Under the pieces are notes generated by a model. It made no database searches. It was given only the letters and a program-made list of their open reading frames with translations, and was not told the DNA's origin. Positions 36,001 to 51,000 of a stretch of DNA of 64,000 nt are shown piece after piece (within the stretch, counting starts at the first letter, position 1; every line of letters begins with the position of its first letter). The stretch spans positions 1 to 64,000 of the forward strand of contig NMRA01000225.1 in the NCBI GenBank assembly GCA_002633005.1, read 5' to 3'. Source of the DNA: Phoronis australis (taxonomy: Eukaryota; Animalia; Phoronida). The position numbers were made by a program, and so were the translations under genes.

Positions 36001-39000
36001 GAACAATAGCTTTTGAAAGAAGTTAACATCTGTTTCTTCCATGTTATTCTGAAGCATGGTAGGGGACTGAAGAATTTATATTCCAAGTTGTGTACGGTTG
36101 CGTGTTGTTTTCTTGCACAAACGGTGGCCACACTGGATCGCGGCACGTCACCTCGTCGAGTATTTTCTCGCTAATGTTCACAGAATAGCAGAAGCGATAT
36201 GCTAATCGCGATCATTGTAAAGCTGCTGCTGCTGCTGCAGCTACTGCTGCTGCTGCTGCTGCAGCCAGTTCTGCAGCCTGACGGAGGATGTGGAATTGGG
36301 AATAATGAATGGTTACTGCTAAAAACTGAACCATTTGGTTTGGAATTCACAGTTGTCACTATACTGTACAGATGCATTTGTATTTTGAATAGGCAAGGCC
36401 AGTTGGATTATTGACCACTAAATAGAGTTGCTATTTGACGTTTAGCTATTTTCAGGGTTGATATCCACAACAAAAAATTCTCTTTTCCCTGTGCATTATT
36501 TCTGTTCCTGACTGCTACTCTTGAGTGATGACTTAACTCTTCGCTTGGTTGTTTCCAGGAAATCGCGGCAGTAACGTGTACAAATTAGGACAGCCGCACG
36601 ATGCTGCCTATCTTGAGAACCTGGGTGATGAGTCACGTTATCCTGTCAGCGCGGCATTGGACAGGGATTGGTCTGATGGTCTGTCGCATTGCGAGAATGC
36701 ATCTGATCAATTCTGCAGTATAAAATTCGGTGAAAAAGCTGGTGGCATGACAGAGGCGTATTTTGTGGCGCCATTCAGTGGCACCTACACATTTCTTGCC
36801 AAAGCCGATGATTTTGTATCACTCTACTTCAGCCCTACTGGCCCAGCCAAGAACAAGGTGGGTCTCTTTTTGGCTGTGAAATTTGATGTGCGCTTACATA
36901 TATATTTAATATGTTTTCGCATATTGTCATCATCTTATTTGGTCGTCTGGGTGTCTGTTCGATACTCTCAAAAACCCTTGGTTGTATCTTGATGAAATTT
37001 GCCACAAGGCTTCTGGGGCAGTGCGCATTTTTGGCTTGGAAGGGGTAAGTGGTCCATATAGTGGGTTAGAATTTGCTGATTGTTGTAAATGATGGGTGTC
37101 TTTCAAAAACAATAGGCCTGTTGAAATTGATGAGCAAGGTGAAGGAAAGCACTTTTACAGTATATGTTCCCCTTTCTCTTTGTCCCAGTTAGACTGTGTA
37201 ACTAAACACAGCTCAACAAAGGGTTTGTGGTCCTGGCTGAGATAATTGTTTTATTACCCCTTATCTATACTGAATAGCAAAGCACGGAATGGCATGGCAC
37301 TTTTCGATCAGCCCAGAGACAGAGAGGCGGGGCTTTTCAGTGTTTTTGGGGGAAGAGCATTTCCACATGATGTCTAAAGAACTGATAAGACGTATTTCTG
37401 TGAATCTTGACGTAGAGCTATTTGATGGCAAGAGTCCTCTGAAGAAATCACTAGTGGGGATTTTGGTAACGAATTTGACCTTTGACCTGTCTTCTTGTTG
37501 TGATGAACATCGCATAAGCTTACAAGTTCTGTTGGTAATTTTTTATTCTGTAATATTCATTGTCAAGGCTTATAGCTGTTGATTCTCATGTGGAGGGTGG
37601 GGTTGACTGTGTGCATGCTGTAACCATGATTCAATTTAATTCGTGAAATACATAATTTAGTGGAGGACATATAGACCAATTCCAGTTATACTACCTTACT
37701 TGTCTGGGTTAGCTTCCAAAGGTGCTTAAATAACCTAAAATCAGCTGGTAAGTGTTAAACTGAGCATTGTGCTTTAAAAGCAATATTTTTGAGAAGATGG
37801 GACTGGGTGTTTACCCAAATGGTCATTTCATTATGGGTGTTTCATTATGTCTATGGAAATTTTGAAAATTCCGGAAGGGCGTTTAGCTGAACCAGGGCAT
37901 TAACCCATGTGAGAATGGGGATCTGAATTCATTAATCCTTAATTGAAGTTGTTGGTGATAACCAGTGATCATATTGTAGATGCGAGTCGCATTTACAACA
38001 AAGCGTACCAACCGTGGGTACTCTATCGAGACTTCACAGGAGTCCCAGCAGTTCACTCTGGTGAAGGGCAAACGGTAAGTTAGTTTGTATCAGGTTCACA
38101 GCTGTACATGGTCAACTTGTTGCATGTTTATACGTCACAAATAGGTGTTCTTCAATAGACCAGAAAGTTGGCATGCAAAACTCATGACGGCGACATCCCA
38201 TTGGTCCCAACTTGTTCGATTCTATAGCCCAACAAGTAGTTGGGAAGTTTGCCCCCGTAGCCAATATCTTACACGTCTGATTAACTCCATTCTGGCATTT
38301 ATGGTTGGAGGGCCTGCGCTCTTTTGTTCGATAATTGCTCTAATCTCCGATCAGATCGTATCTAGCCTGACTGGGCTGATAAAAATGAAAGTTAAGTTAT
38401 AATATATTTGAGCTTAAACTAATAGCATTTCTGAATTCCTCGTCAAATGCTGATCATGTTCCGTTTTTGAATCACCAAAATCACCCAACTACAACAGAAG
38501 TTAAGACAATCTATTCTGTCCAAACGGATTATACAAAGTTGAATGCACTGGGTTTGACTATGTTCATACGCGTTCGATAATAGGTTGCAACCACCATACG
38601 TTTCCTTTGAAGCCTGGGAGATAATTGGCTTGCTTGTTATCATACGAGACAAAAGACTGAGCTGTGCAGTTAACAAAAGAGCCAGATGTTAGCGCATGTT
38701 CAGCACCCCTCACGTCTGGAAAAGTTACTGAACGACACGCTGTAATGTGCGACAATGCAAAATCATGCAAGACATGTTTTTTCTAAATGAGACATGTCAT
38801 TACACCAGATCCTTCGCAAGAGCCTTCAATGCGTTTAAGGAACTCAGGCCTGGAAACATCGTTTAAACTGTCGTCTTGTCTCAAATACACTCTTCTCTGT
38901 GGTGGATGTTTGACAAGCCATTCAAAAAATAGGCTTCATCGAGCCCCATCCATCTTTTCAAGTAACAATGAAACAGCACTAAAATCGTGTAAAATAGTGC

Positions 39001-42000
39001 GCACCTTTGTGGGTGAATACCACTGAGTCATAGATGCCATTGTATTATTTTGGGACGTGATTATAAGGTAAACGCCAAGAAACCTTTTGATTTGAGAGCT
39101 GTACGTTTCCACTCCACATTGCGAGTGTGTTTTCCCTAGTGTGAATTCCTGCATTTGGTTGACCTAATTGTTGCTGAATGGGATATCATATACAACATAA
39201 AACTGCAGGACTCGATCCCTGTAGCGACTGTATTGCTGCAGTTTTTAAAATTAAATTTGCATTGCTCTGCATACAGCAATCACTGAAAGTTCACTCGGGT
39301 CTCGTGTTGGTGTCCCTAAAATGTAATGTCACGAGTTGACGCATTACTTACGGCACTGCAATCCAACTTTGTGGATTTTCGATTTCATAAATGCCATGGT
39401 TTTGAATTACATCGCCAAAGACTTCATGTGTGATGTCCTAAGTTCTGTGGTTGATGCCAAGACTGTACAATTCTTATTGATTTTGCTGTAGTTACTACAT
39501 TCAAGCACTTCACTTGAAGTTGGGTACAAATGGTGGCCTGGATGTTGCCTTCAAAGCATACAACACCCCGCAGTTCACCGTTGACCAGACAGGCGATGCT
39601 TACATGGAGAAGCAGACAATTAAAGTATCTTCCCCGCGTCGCATTGAAAAACAGGTCTGTGCGTATGTTGCACATTTTCAATCTCTTCATCTGTCACGTG
39701 TCTAATCTGAAACTGCCTTTTCTGCTTTAATTTCTGATTTTGTTCATTTTAAACCAGAAAGAAACATTTTGTATCTTCCTTTTAGTAAAAATGAATACAG
39801 ATTTTTAGTTATCTTGGAAATTAAGTCGTTCTCATGTTAACATGGCGCATATTTACACATCACCCATACAATAGAAAGTGACGTAAATGGCCCAGCACTA
39901 ATTAGCCCATCAATGTTGGTTCTGAATTTACAGTCATTGAGAAAACATAATGTTCGACTCATCACTAACTTGTTACTACTTCGTTGTTGGTTGAAGGTCA
40001 GGCTACTTGATTACGACTAGCACATAAGTTCCTTATAGTGCCCAAAAAGCTTACTCATGTCACTCCCACCTTGAAGCCTAACTTCAATGGAATTTTGTTA
40101 CTTTAGATGCATTAGGCTAATCAGATAGTCCTAGCAAAGCTAGAAATAAGAAAAGGCGAGTTCAATCACGCAAGTCTAAGTCCAAATGAAAAGTGAAGCT
40201 GCCTTTTCGTACCATGTTGCGTCACCGCGAGATCCCAGCACAAACAACAAAAAGTTGTTATTGAATAGGGGTCTGAATAGAACACCGCTGCGTGCGGGTG
40301 TTATTCACAGCTGTTTGAATTAAAAGGTGATTCTAACGGTGACGTAGACAAAAGCAAGCCAATACGCCTAACAGTTCATTACATTTGACAATTTATGGCA
40401 CTAGTGGGCTCAGAGCGATGCTCTTAACATACTGTAGGAACCAATTTAAATTTACAAGTGTTACCATTGAAGATAGGCTTTAAAGGCACAAACTTATAAA
40501 CTTCACAGCACAGAAAACTATTACTAAATAACCCTTCAAAATTGAAGCCAAACTGAAAATGTGTTGACGACACTAGCACTCACATGTTAACCTTTAAGGA
40601 GTCATTCATTGACAAGAAAAAAATTTGAGCTAAATTGTTTTTGTATCTCCTGCAGACGGTGGTCTTCAACAGCATCCCGTCACACTCTGGAAAGTCTACT
40701 GTTCAGAAAGTTACGGTGACCACCACCGATGCTTTCTATACTAAGTTCAGGCTATGCATAGTTGGCCTGTGTACACGTAAGTACCATACTCACTCACGAG
40801 AAGAACCCCACATGTCCATCTCATCCCATGAGACATCATTCTGACCTTGTGATCTCAGATCGGAAATAACGGGGGTAATCAACAGTTTACGACGACACCC
40901 ATGTTAAATCTTACTAACAATATCGCGTTTTTCTATCACTTATCAGCACTGAAAAGGTTTTCTAGGCACAATCAAATAATTCGTTGATATTGTGTACCTG
41001 CATAGTTCAAGCCGAAGTTTCAAATGTTAAAGTGAAGTAAATCGATTTAGTGGTAATCAATGTTCACATTGAAACAATCAACAAAACTCATTTCATGAAT
41101 GGTACTTTTTTGCTTAGTACTGCACCTGGCTTTAATGTGTCCACATTGTCTTCATTTCAGAGCTGATGAAGGTTGATGAAAGAGACACTAATGTGCGCAG
41201 TAAACTGGAAGGCCTGCCTCTAGGGCTGACCCTGACGTCCGTCACTCGGCAAGACAATAACGGTGCCGGTATCTATACCATCACATTTGCAGCACAGGCA
41301 GGTGTGTACTGATCGTGTTAAAAGCTTGGCATGACTCGACTGTTGTTCTGTTTCCATGTGGCCCTCCTTTTAGATAGGACTGGACGATTGACGCATGTGT
41401 AGCAAATTTTGAGCCAGAAATTTGTGCATTCAATCAGTTTTATTTCCATGCAGATTGTGTTTTTGAAATAAATAACAAAATCTCCCCTTTTCAAAACCTT
41501 GACCTTAAGAGGTTAATCTGTAATTTTTCATGTTTAGTTTTCATTTGGCTGAACAGTTTGTTTTTACAAGTTCTTGAAAAATGCTGTTAACATCATTGAG
41601 ATAACAAATTTAAATTAACGAGCTTCATGGAATGAGTACATTTTGATAGTTTTTCTTACTGAACACAGTTTCGTTTGCTATTGACTTTTTGATCTTTTTA
41701 AAATATTTTAAACATTACTGATTTTACTTTGTCCATTGTATTTGCAATTACATTCTGTTCTACTCTGCTCAAAAGTTTTGTGATTATTTCCATGGTATAA
41801 TGTTGCTCGCCAACTTTTCAAATTAGGCTTAAAAATGATATAATGTTATTACCAAGTTTTTCAACACTGCTTTAAAAACAATTGCCCCCATTGAAGTTTT
41901 GTTATCATGCATCTTCATTGTTATTGACAGGAAATGTGCCCAAAATGACTTATGAGACAGATGTAGGAAAGTTGTCGGCCACCATAACTGTATCAGTTAC

Positions 42001-45000
42001 TGTGGTAACTGAAGGTGTAATGCCTGGCAACAAGCTGATACTTCAGATGGGGAATAACCCCTTCACTGAACCTTTTTCCAGCACGGCTTTGAGTGCAGAC
42101 ACGGTGAGTGAATTGGCAGACAACACCTGTGAGATGGATGGAAATTTATGACTGGGATTTCACATTGTTTTTATGAAGAATTAGCAATCATTCAACTGTA
42201 AAACTACTAAAAACTGGCTTTTGCAGTGGCTTATTTGAATGATGGGTAAAAAGTCCCAATGCTACGAAATGTCCACATTGCACATTTTGTTTTAAAACTG
42301 ATGGGCCACTTTGATCAACATTAAACAGTGAAATATTGGATATTTACACAGCACTTCCTTTCAACTCACTGCTAAACTTGAAATTAAGAAATATGCTAAT
42401 CTTTCAAAGTACATTTTAATATTTCCGTGGAACTGGTTTCAAATTTCATTCAGAATTGAGAGATGGCCTGCGGCTAACTTGAAACTGCCAAATTTTGGAA
42501 GAACTAGCCAGTCGTGTGATTTGCTGATTTATTTAGAAGTTTTTTTGTTGACTTTTGTCTAGTAAATGTTTCAGATGTTCTTTATGGCAACGGAAATGAA
42601 GTGTTTCCATGGGGAGGGGAATTTCAAAACCCATTTTGTAGGAGCAAGTGGCGTGATTTTGCTTTAATTTTTCGGACACCTAATGCTTTTGTGTGTGATG
42701 TCTCCATTAGTTTAAAGACATACTGGGTGGTTTGTTCAAACCCCGCTGCAGCAAAGGCCAGACCACCTACTCATCTAGCACCATGCCTTATTGGGAAGAC
42801 TTTGAGGGCTACTGGCCCCAAATCACTGGTGGAGAAGTTACAGACGAAGAAGTTCCCTTCTGTGGATCGAAGTCGTGGAAAAATCCGTGGTTCCTCATCT
42901 CTGGAGTTAGCATACGCAACAGTAAAGACTATTCTGTAAGCATTATTGCGTAATGTTTCTGGGGTTAGCATAGGAAACAGTAAAGACTATTCTGTAAGCA
43001 TTATTGCGTAATGTTTCTGGAGTTAGCATAGGCAACAGTAAAGACTATTCTGTAAGCATTATTGCGTAATGTTTCTGGGGTTAGCATACACAACAGTAAA
43101 GACTATTCTGTAAGCATTATTGCGTAATGTTTCTGGGAATTATTAGTTTAAACAAAACCCTTTTAACTTGAAGATGAAACTTGAGAAAACGTGGCATGAT
43201 TTGTTTTTCTTAATCATCTATGCTGTCCTTTTAAGATCTTGAAACAGCTAGATTTTCTTATCTCAGTTGGACACTCATAATTAATTAAAAGTACTTAAAA
43301 ATCTGCATTTCCTCACAAAATCTATCTGTAAAATGAAGCCACAAAATCGTCTATAATTTCTTTGATGTGGTTTGTGTCTGATAGTTGTTGTCGCATGCTT
43401 GATTTTTTGTTTGCATGCATGATGTTGTGGTTTGCATGCAATGGTTTGAATAAATAATTTGGTGTTTTGGGATGCTGGCTTCATCATTTTTATGGTAGTG
43501 TTTTTTGTGGTAATGGCGTTTGCTGTTTTTTGCAGCTTTGCTTTGCTTTCAAAGCACCTTCTGATGAAATTGTGACTTTAGAATTCAATGGAAACCCCAC
43601 TCCTCTTGAATTGCCCGTTGGAACTGGAGAGTACGTATTGCTTGTCTCATACAGTAATTCTCCACTTATTTGGAACACCCGCCTCATTTCGCACACCAAA
43701 AATTATTTTGAACGATAATTATTAGTGTGGGCGATGATATAACGTGGCGGTTATCTACAAACAATAAATAAAGTTTGTCAGACAACACAACCAAACAATA
43801 TTCTCAAAACGTTACTCAGTACGGCTATAGCACATGGGGCTTGAACCCGCATTTTACAAAACATTCCTTATAGGTTAACAATGAAACACTACGAACACTT
43901 TCCATTTTAAAAAGGGAATTTCCACTCATTCCCTCTTTGTACCTGAAAAACAGTAGATTTTTTCTGCGCCTGGATTTCGATCATTTTGGCTTAAGAATTG
44001 ATATAATAGAGTAATTGCATGTTTGTGGCAAATGAATCTGTTACTGAGATTCACTGAAATGGCTTTTAAATAATAAAAGTAAACCATCATAGTTCCTGCC
44101 TAGGACTGTGTATAATCATGTTAATTATGCAAAGGGAATCAACAAGGCACAGAAATGCCTGCCATTCACTATCCCCAGAACAGAAAATTCAGAAATTTCT
44201 ATGCAGAATTGCAGTGCAGAAATTTCTAAGCAGCAGAATTCCAGCACAGATATTTCTGCGCACAGCAGAATTCCAGTGCAGAAATTTCTGCGCACAGAAG
44301 AATTCCAGCACAGAAATTTCTGCGCACAGCAGAATTCCAGTGCAGAAATTTCTGTGCAAAACTCCAGCGCAGAAATTTCTGTGCAAAATTCCAGCGCAAA
44401 AATTTCTGCATGGTACACTGGAAGTCTGCGCAGAAATTTCTGCGCATGATACAACAGAGGGCTCAAATGCAATGGAATATATCAATTTTAAGCCAAAGTT
44501 ATGGAAATCTAGGCGCAGAAAAAAGTTGCAACTTTTCAGGCACAAAAAGGGAATGAGTGGAAATTCCCATTTTAAAATGGAAAGTGTTTACAGGTATCCA
44601 ACAGACCTACATGAATAAAACAATTGACAACTGAATTACTTAGTGGAGTTGTCCATGTGGCCCAGCTAATAATCCCTCTGAAGTCTATTACTACATGCCG
44701 AGAACCAATATATTTGAAATGGGTGCTGCAAATGACTGCTCAAAATAAAAACAGTCAAACGGCACTCTGATTGGTTATAATATAATGGTAACATATACAT
44801 AGCCAGTAAACAATTACCTTAGAGCGGGGGTTGACCACAATCTGGAAACGCCCTAAAACGTACATACAGCGACCCTAGTGGACATGTTCTAAACAAAGGA
44901 CTAATAAAAATACTTCTGCATTAAATTTTTCCCCTTTCTTATTTCACACCTAGCTAATTGGTGAGATTTTCTTGCCTCATCTAATTTTCACACAGCTAGT

Positions 45001-48000
45001 TTTGCACTTCATAAAGTGTCACACAACGCTGTGTTTTTAATCCTACTAATACACACCTCTTTAACCATGGTAAATAAACTCTGAAAGTTACATGTTCATA
45101 TTAAATCAATTAATTCCTTTGTTGCAAATTTCTCATGCTGCTGTTTACACCACCCAGATAAGTGTCATGTCACTTAGTCTTAGACTCACATGCTCAAGTA
45201 AGTTGATGAGTGTTTCACATATGATAGTGTAAAGAGCTCTCATATTGGAACCTGATAACATAACTTAATTACTATTAACTGGATCACTAACTTAAGGCAA
45301 ACCCTAGGTCACATTTTGTTTAAGTACACACGGGTAGTTGGTGGTGCTGGGTTAATCAGTTAATTTTGCACACCCGTCTACTGTGGAGTCTGTACGCAGT
45401 TAACAAAAAACTTTAAAAGACCTAACTGGTAAAAATGTATAATCACGAGGAAAAGAAAAAAAATTGAAGAGACACCTGGGATGGGGGTAACGTAATAGGT
45501 CTTGTAGACGACGAGCTAGGCTATGTTGAACTGAACAAAGGAACATGGATGACCAATCAAGTGACGCATTGAGAAATGTATGAATACAAAAGTAGATTCT
45601 TGCAGCTATAAATAGAGATGAGTGATGAAAAATAAACTTTAAGGGTTGATATGAAAATAAAGTGACAAATGTCAAAACAGTAACGATAAATGCATTAAAC
45701 ATTAAAAATATTTTGTGTATTTGTGTAACATAAGTGGAGAGTTAACTGTGATTTGTCAAATGATTTTGTCTAAGTTAACGTTCAGTGCCTAGTGCAGAGC
45801 TGCATTTTTTGTATTTATTATGTTATGTATACATGCAATAGGTACAATATTGCAACACAAGTTGTTAGGTTTCTTACACAGGGGCCTCAAACACACTCAT
45901 GGGGCCTGACAAGACTTACACGCTTACAGGTTAATCAACAAATATAAGGAATCCAGTTGCAGAAAAGGCATCAGTGCTTAAACGTTATGTGTTTGAAACC
46001 ACTAATTATAAAATTTACAGAACAAATATGGGACTTTAGCACCAATTCCCACCTAGTTTCAAACTTTGGTTTTTATACAACTGGCATATCATGTCTTCTT
46101 GAAGAAAAAGATGTTGGAAAGTAGTTGAGAAAAATTTGGTGAGACATCTTCAGTTGAACCAAAATTGTCTTATTTGAAGTATGTTTGTGGGCAGCGCAAA
46201 GAGACTCATTAGTCATTAATTTACCACTTGTGTCTAAAATATTGTAGATATACAACATTGTTCTCATACCACCTTCTATAATAGTATATTTTTGCCAGTG
46301 AAATGTCAAAGTTGTGCCACAGTGTTAGGCTCTCCAGGCACAAAATGTATCCAAAAATTCACCAAGATGACGAAGCATTTCTTTTGCAAGCATTAGCTAA
46401 AACACAAATAATGAACTCTGAAATAAGCATTTTGAGACTAAATATTCAATCATATTTTGTAACTAGATAGCTAGAGTTTTCTTGTAAAACCTAGAAAATT
46501 TTAGTCATTTAATAAACAATTAAATACCTATCGTCTGGCAAGTTCTGAGAACAGTTTTAAAGTGTTTTAACCAATTTTAACTATTTTACCATGATCCCAC
46601 ACAAAGTTGTTAGATAGCCTTTCTAAGCACGGTTTGGTGGGAATAGTAGTGCAATATGCATTGTCAACTGAATGGTATCAGTTCATGGTTTGCTATAAAG
46701 AGTGATTTTTTTCAAAAGCCAAGTGATAGTCACAGTTGTCTATCTGCTTACAGCTGGCAGTACACCTGCGTGAACATTCGCCGCATGGTGCATGCTAGTT
46801 CGAGCTATACGCTGACTGCAGTAATTGTATCTCGTTCTGCTTCGGCGAAGGGAGACATTTACGTTGACCAGGTTATGGTTTCATCGAAAGTTCCCTCGGC
46901 ACAAGGTAATTTCAGCTACAGAAATAAATAAACTTTCCGGCATGTAACTTATTATTTAGTGGACAATGGTGACATTTTCTTTGATGAGATGGTGATTTAC
47001 AAAGGGTTACATTGGCGTAGTAAAAATTCTTGATGTGAAGTGCTTTTCGTTTTTTAACTTGCTTTGCAGTTCCCAAAGGCTACTGCTTTCTCAGAGTTCA
47101 TATTGCGATCTATATCATGTTTCTCTGTCAAGGCCTGACTTGACTGCGGCTGGGTACAATTTAAAGTTGTTTGCCCATTTTAGCACACCCTGCATTCCAT
47201 AGTGCTACCTGGTGCTTCTCATATGAAGAATTTCTGGCTCACACTAGTCACTGCTCAGATTCCCTTAGCCCCAGACAACTTCCATGATGCCTATTCAGCT
47301 CCGCTTTTGTATTGGTGTAGATCTGAGCTAATGAATTGGAATAGCTAGTACTATTGTCTCAACAAGGATGGTTGTTACTAGGCCCAAATTGGTGCGTTTG
47401 CACATAGTTACACCTGCAACCGTGAAGAGTAGTTTTAACTTCTGGTACTACAAAATGACTAAAAAGCTTTTTTGTGTTTATCTTGTCCAAGGGCCACTTC
47501 CCAAAGGAACAATGATTTTAAATATGTTTCATACTGGTTTTCTTAATTTCATTTTTAATACTCCTGTCTTCTTTTTTCTTATTGGAATGGATTGATATCT
47601 TATCATTTTATTTTTAACTCAAAGTACCAAAAATGTTGATTTTGATCGCCAGCGAAACTTAAATTAATTAGTTTGTGAACCGGACTCTGAATTTTCCAGC
47701 GGAAATTATTGGTTAATGCATTTTGAAAATTCATCATTTGGTACAGGTAGAGATGTTTACTACACTTTATGGTTGGGTGATTACACTTAGTTGGCTCTTG
47801 CTCGTACCGGATATGCGGTCACCACAACAGTATCTGACTCCAGCCCCAAGCTCTCTTTGATCCNTTTTTCTTATTGGAATGGATTGATATCTTATCATTT
47901 TATTTTTAACTCAAAGTACCAAAAATGTTGATTTTGATCGCCAGCGAAACTTAAATTAATTAGTTTGTGAACCCGACTCTGAATTTTCCAGCGGAAATTA

Positions 48001-51000
48001 TTGGTTAATGCATTTTGAAAATTCATCATTTGGTACAGGTAGAGATGTTAACTACACTTTATGGTTGGGTAATTACACTTAGTTGGCTCTTGCTCGTACC
48101 GGTTAATGCGGTCACCACAACAGTATCTGACTCCAGCACCAGGCTCTCTTTGATCCTGCTTAAGTTGCTCAGAAGGACGAGCCGTGAAAATTACCGCATA
48201 TCTTTAGAAATGCACGACTTCCTTGCCAGCATATTTTATTGATGGTATGTTCTGATGACTGCATTATCTAAAAAGCAATGCCTTTGTGAAAACAATCTTC
48301 TAAGCTAGGACTAGTCAGGTGTTTCCGCAATTTCACTGTCAGTCTCCAATCGGTTTTCACTAGAACTTTTGCTGTGTTCATAATGTTCTTTTTCTCCTCA
48401 GTCTGTGATGTGAGAAAAAATTGACATCTGCCTGGATTTGTGCCCCATTCCCCTGTGAAAATATTTAAATTAAATCACACGAAATTAGTCTCATCAGGCT
48501 CAAAAATTCCCTTCCAAGGATTGAAGGTTACCGTCACTTTCGCAAAACGTCTCGGCCACTCCAGTCATTCCAGACGAGGGGTGGCAAATGAGGGGGTGAA
48601 CTGATGGTGACATTGCAGCGTTCTGTCATTCAGTAACTTTTCTAGACGTGAGGGGTGCTGAACCTGCGATAACATCTGGCTCTTTTGTTAACTGCCCAGC
48701 TCAGTCTTTTGTCCCGTATGATAACAAGCAGGCCAATTATCTCCCAGGATTCAAAGGAAACGTATGGTGGTTGCACGCTATTACGGAACGCGTATGAACA
48801 CAGTCAAACCCAGTGCGTTTGTAATCCCTTTGGTCAGAATAGATTGTCTTAATTTCTGTTGTAGTTGGGCGATTTTGGTGATTCAAAAATGGAACATGAT
48901 CAGCATTTGACGAGGAATTCAGAAATGCTATTGGTTTAAGCTCAACTATGTTATAACTTAACTTTCATTTTTATCAACACAGCCCAGTCAGGCTAGATAT
49001 GATCTGATCGAAGATTAGAGCAATTATCGAACAAAAGGACGCAGGCCCTTCAACCCTAAATGCCAGAATGGAGTTAGTCATGTAAGATATTGGCTACAGG
49101 GGTAAACTTCCAAACTTGTTGTTGGGCTATAGAATCAAACAAGTTGGGAGCAATGGGTTGTCGCCGTCTGGTCATGATGACAAGGGTATTGGAATTTTTA
49201 CCTCAACCAAATAATTCCCCTTTTGGAAGGCACAAATACATTTCCTATCTGATGAGCATGAGCACTGAGTGCTCCTGCAATTAACTGCAGGATACATCTT
49301 GCTCTTCATAACATGGGCATTAAGACAGGGTATCTTCGTGTCTCTATTGACTGTGAGAGGTATCTTCAATAGGCAGAATGTTTTGAACACAAAGGGTGTT
49401 TATCCAAATGTACTTCGTATAATTTTAGTTTTGCCCTTGAAGTAAAATGAACAGTACAATGATGTTGTTCGCATGAGAAAAACCAAGATATGGAAAGAGA
49501 ATTAACCTGTTTCCTTTTTTTCCTAGTATCTAAAGTACTCAAACAAGAAAATGAGATGCATTTTAAGGTAGTTTATTTTAGAATCCCCCAAGACTTATGT
49601 AGTTAATGATCAGTTCTTTTCAAGAATTTTGAATGCTCATTGTCATCTATGAAAACAACAGAGAAATAAATAAAACTGTTGGTGACACAGCAGGTAGCCA
49701 CGCGGTCACAGTGCTCCCAATAAATTCATTTGCAACATCACAGTGAGACCAAGTTGGCGAGCGGAGAGTGCAATGTTGTCAGACAATGGTGAAAGGTCTA
49801 TCTGATTTCTTGATTTACGCTGGTGCCGTTTACAGCTCTCTGAGTTGCGGATCTATTGTAACTTACTATAATTATGTCTAAGCGTGGGGGGGGGGGACGA
49901 AACTGATGTAATCTTGCGAACTTGAATGTTTTAGCCATCTGTTGGCTGAATGCATTCCTTAAAATGTATGGTGTCATCACTCTTTTGCGTGGTGGCTAGT
50001 CAGGTAATATGTTGAGGATGGCTGCCGGAAACATCCAAATTGTCAGCTCAGTCTCCTAAGAATATTTTGGCTGTGTTTGTAGTGCATAACACAATGTACT
50101 TTTCACAATGTTTCGTGCAGAGATCTCATGGAGCCGCATTGAACCAAAAGCCAAACTGAAAAGAATGTCAGTCACCAAGACTTCCAATAACCCTGCGACC
50201 TTTGAAATTGAGATGGACCCTTTGTCCTCTGTACGCAACTTTGGCTTGTTGTCGCTGAGATTTGGCCAGGTAAGTATCAGTGATTGGGTTGTTCTTTACT
50301 TTCAAAACAAGTTGTATGCAGCGAGTGGTCGCACGTTTCTTCTGTGGTGAAATTCTTCAGTATTGGATAGATTAGAGCTATGTTCATAAGTGACGTTTCA
50401 TAGTTCTCTGCCAGGAAAAATATTAAATACTTATTTAGTAAGTTTGCACGGCACAGATGTCACCAGACTCCAATTAGGAAATCGCTGAGCATTTGCCCTC
50501 CAGTGATGAAATGAAGCCTTAAAGCAGTAGTCAGTTTTAGAAAAAGTAGTCACAAACTAAAAAACTTTTACGATTATTAGCTACAAAAACGTTGAGCTCT
50601 GACTTCACCACAGCTTTGATAATTAAAATTTCTGTCTCATACTACACAAGAATCAAGCCAGCTAATCATAGCTTTCAAACACATTATTTCCAGGTTTATT
50701 TTCCTAGCCGGTCAAATTGTTCACCGTAGTATACCAAAAAAGAGACTGTTCAGACAGGAGTCAATCAGCCTCTGGGCTATTGATCAACACAGTAAAATGA
50801 CACCAATTTTGGACACAAATAAAGACTAATAAAATTGAACTTTTTTCATTTTCCAATGGCTTTTAAGATTGTAGTAAATTCTCAAAATTAGGAAAATAAA
50901 ATTTCACTTGCCTGTCACATTGTATACTAAATTAAATTTTACAGTACACATGTAGTAATGAGAGGGGTAAGCTGTTGCTTCTTGAAGTTGAGAAACAATG

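Noticed and set aside
36171-36414. Poly-Leu/poly-Ser ORFs resembling a signal peptide
   Set aside because: Translation of the intronic CTG tract; it does not fit the exon chain.
42901-43137. CRISPR-like array
   Set aside because: Head-to-tail 58-bp units with no unique spacers, no cas genes and a eukaryotic intron context.
44108-44618. Five overlapping ORFs of 73-166 aa
   Set aside because: They arise from a stop-free minisatellite inside a TIR element.
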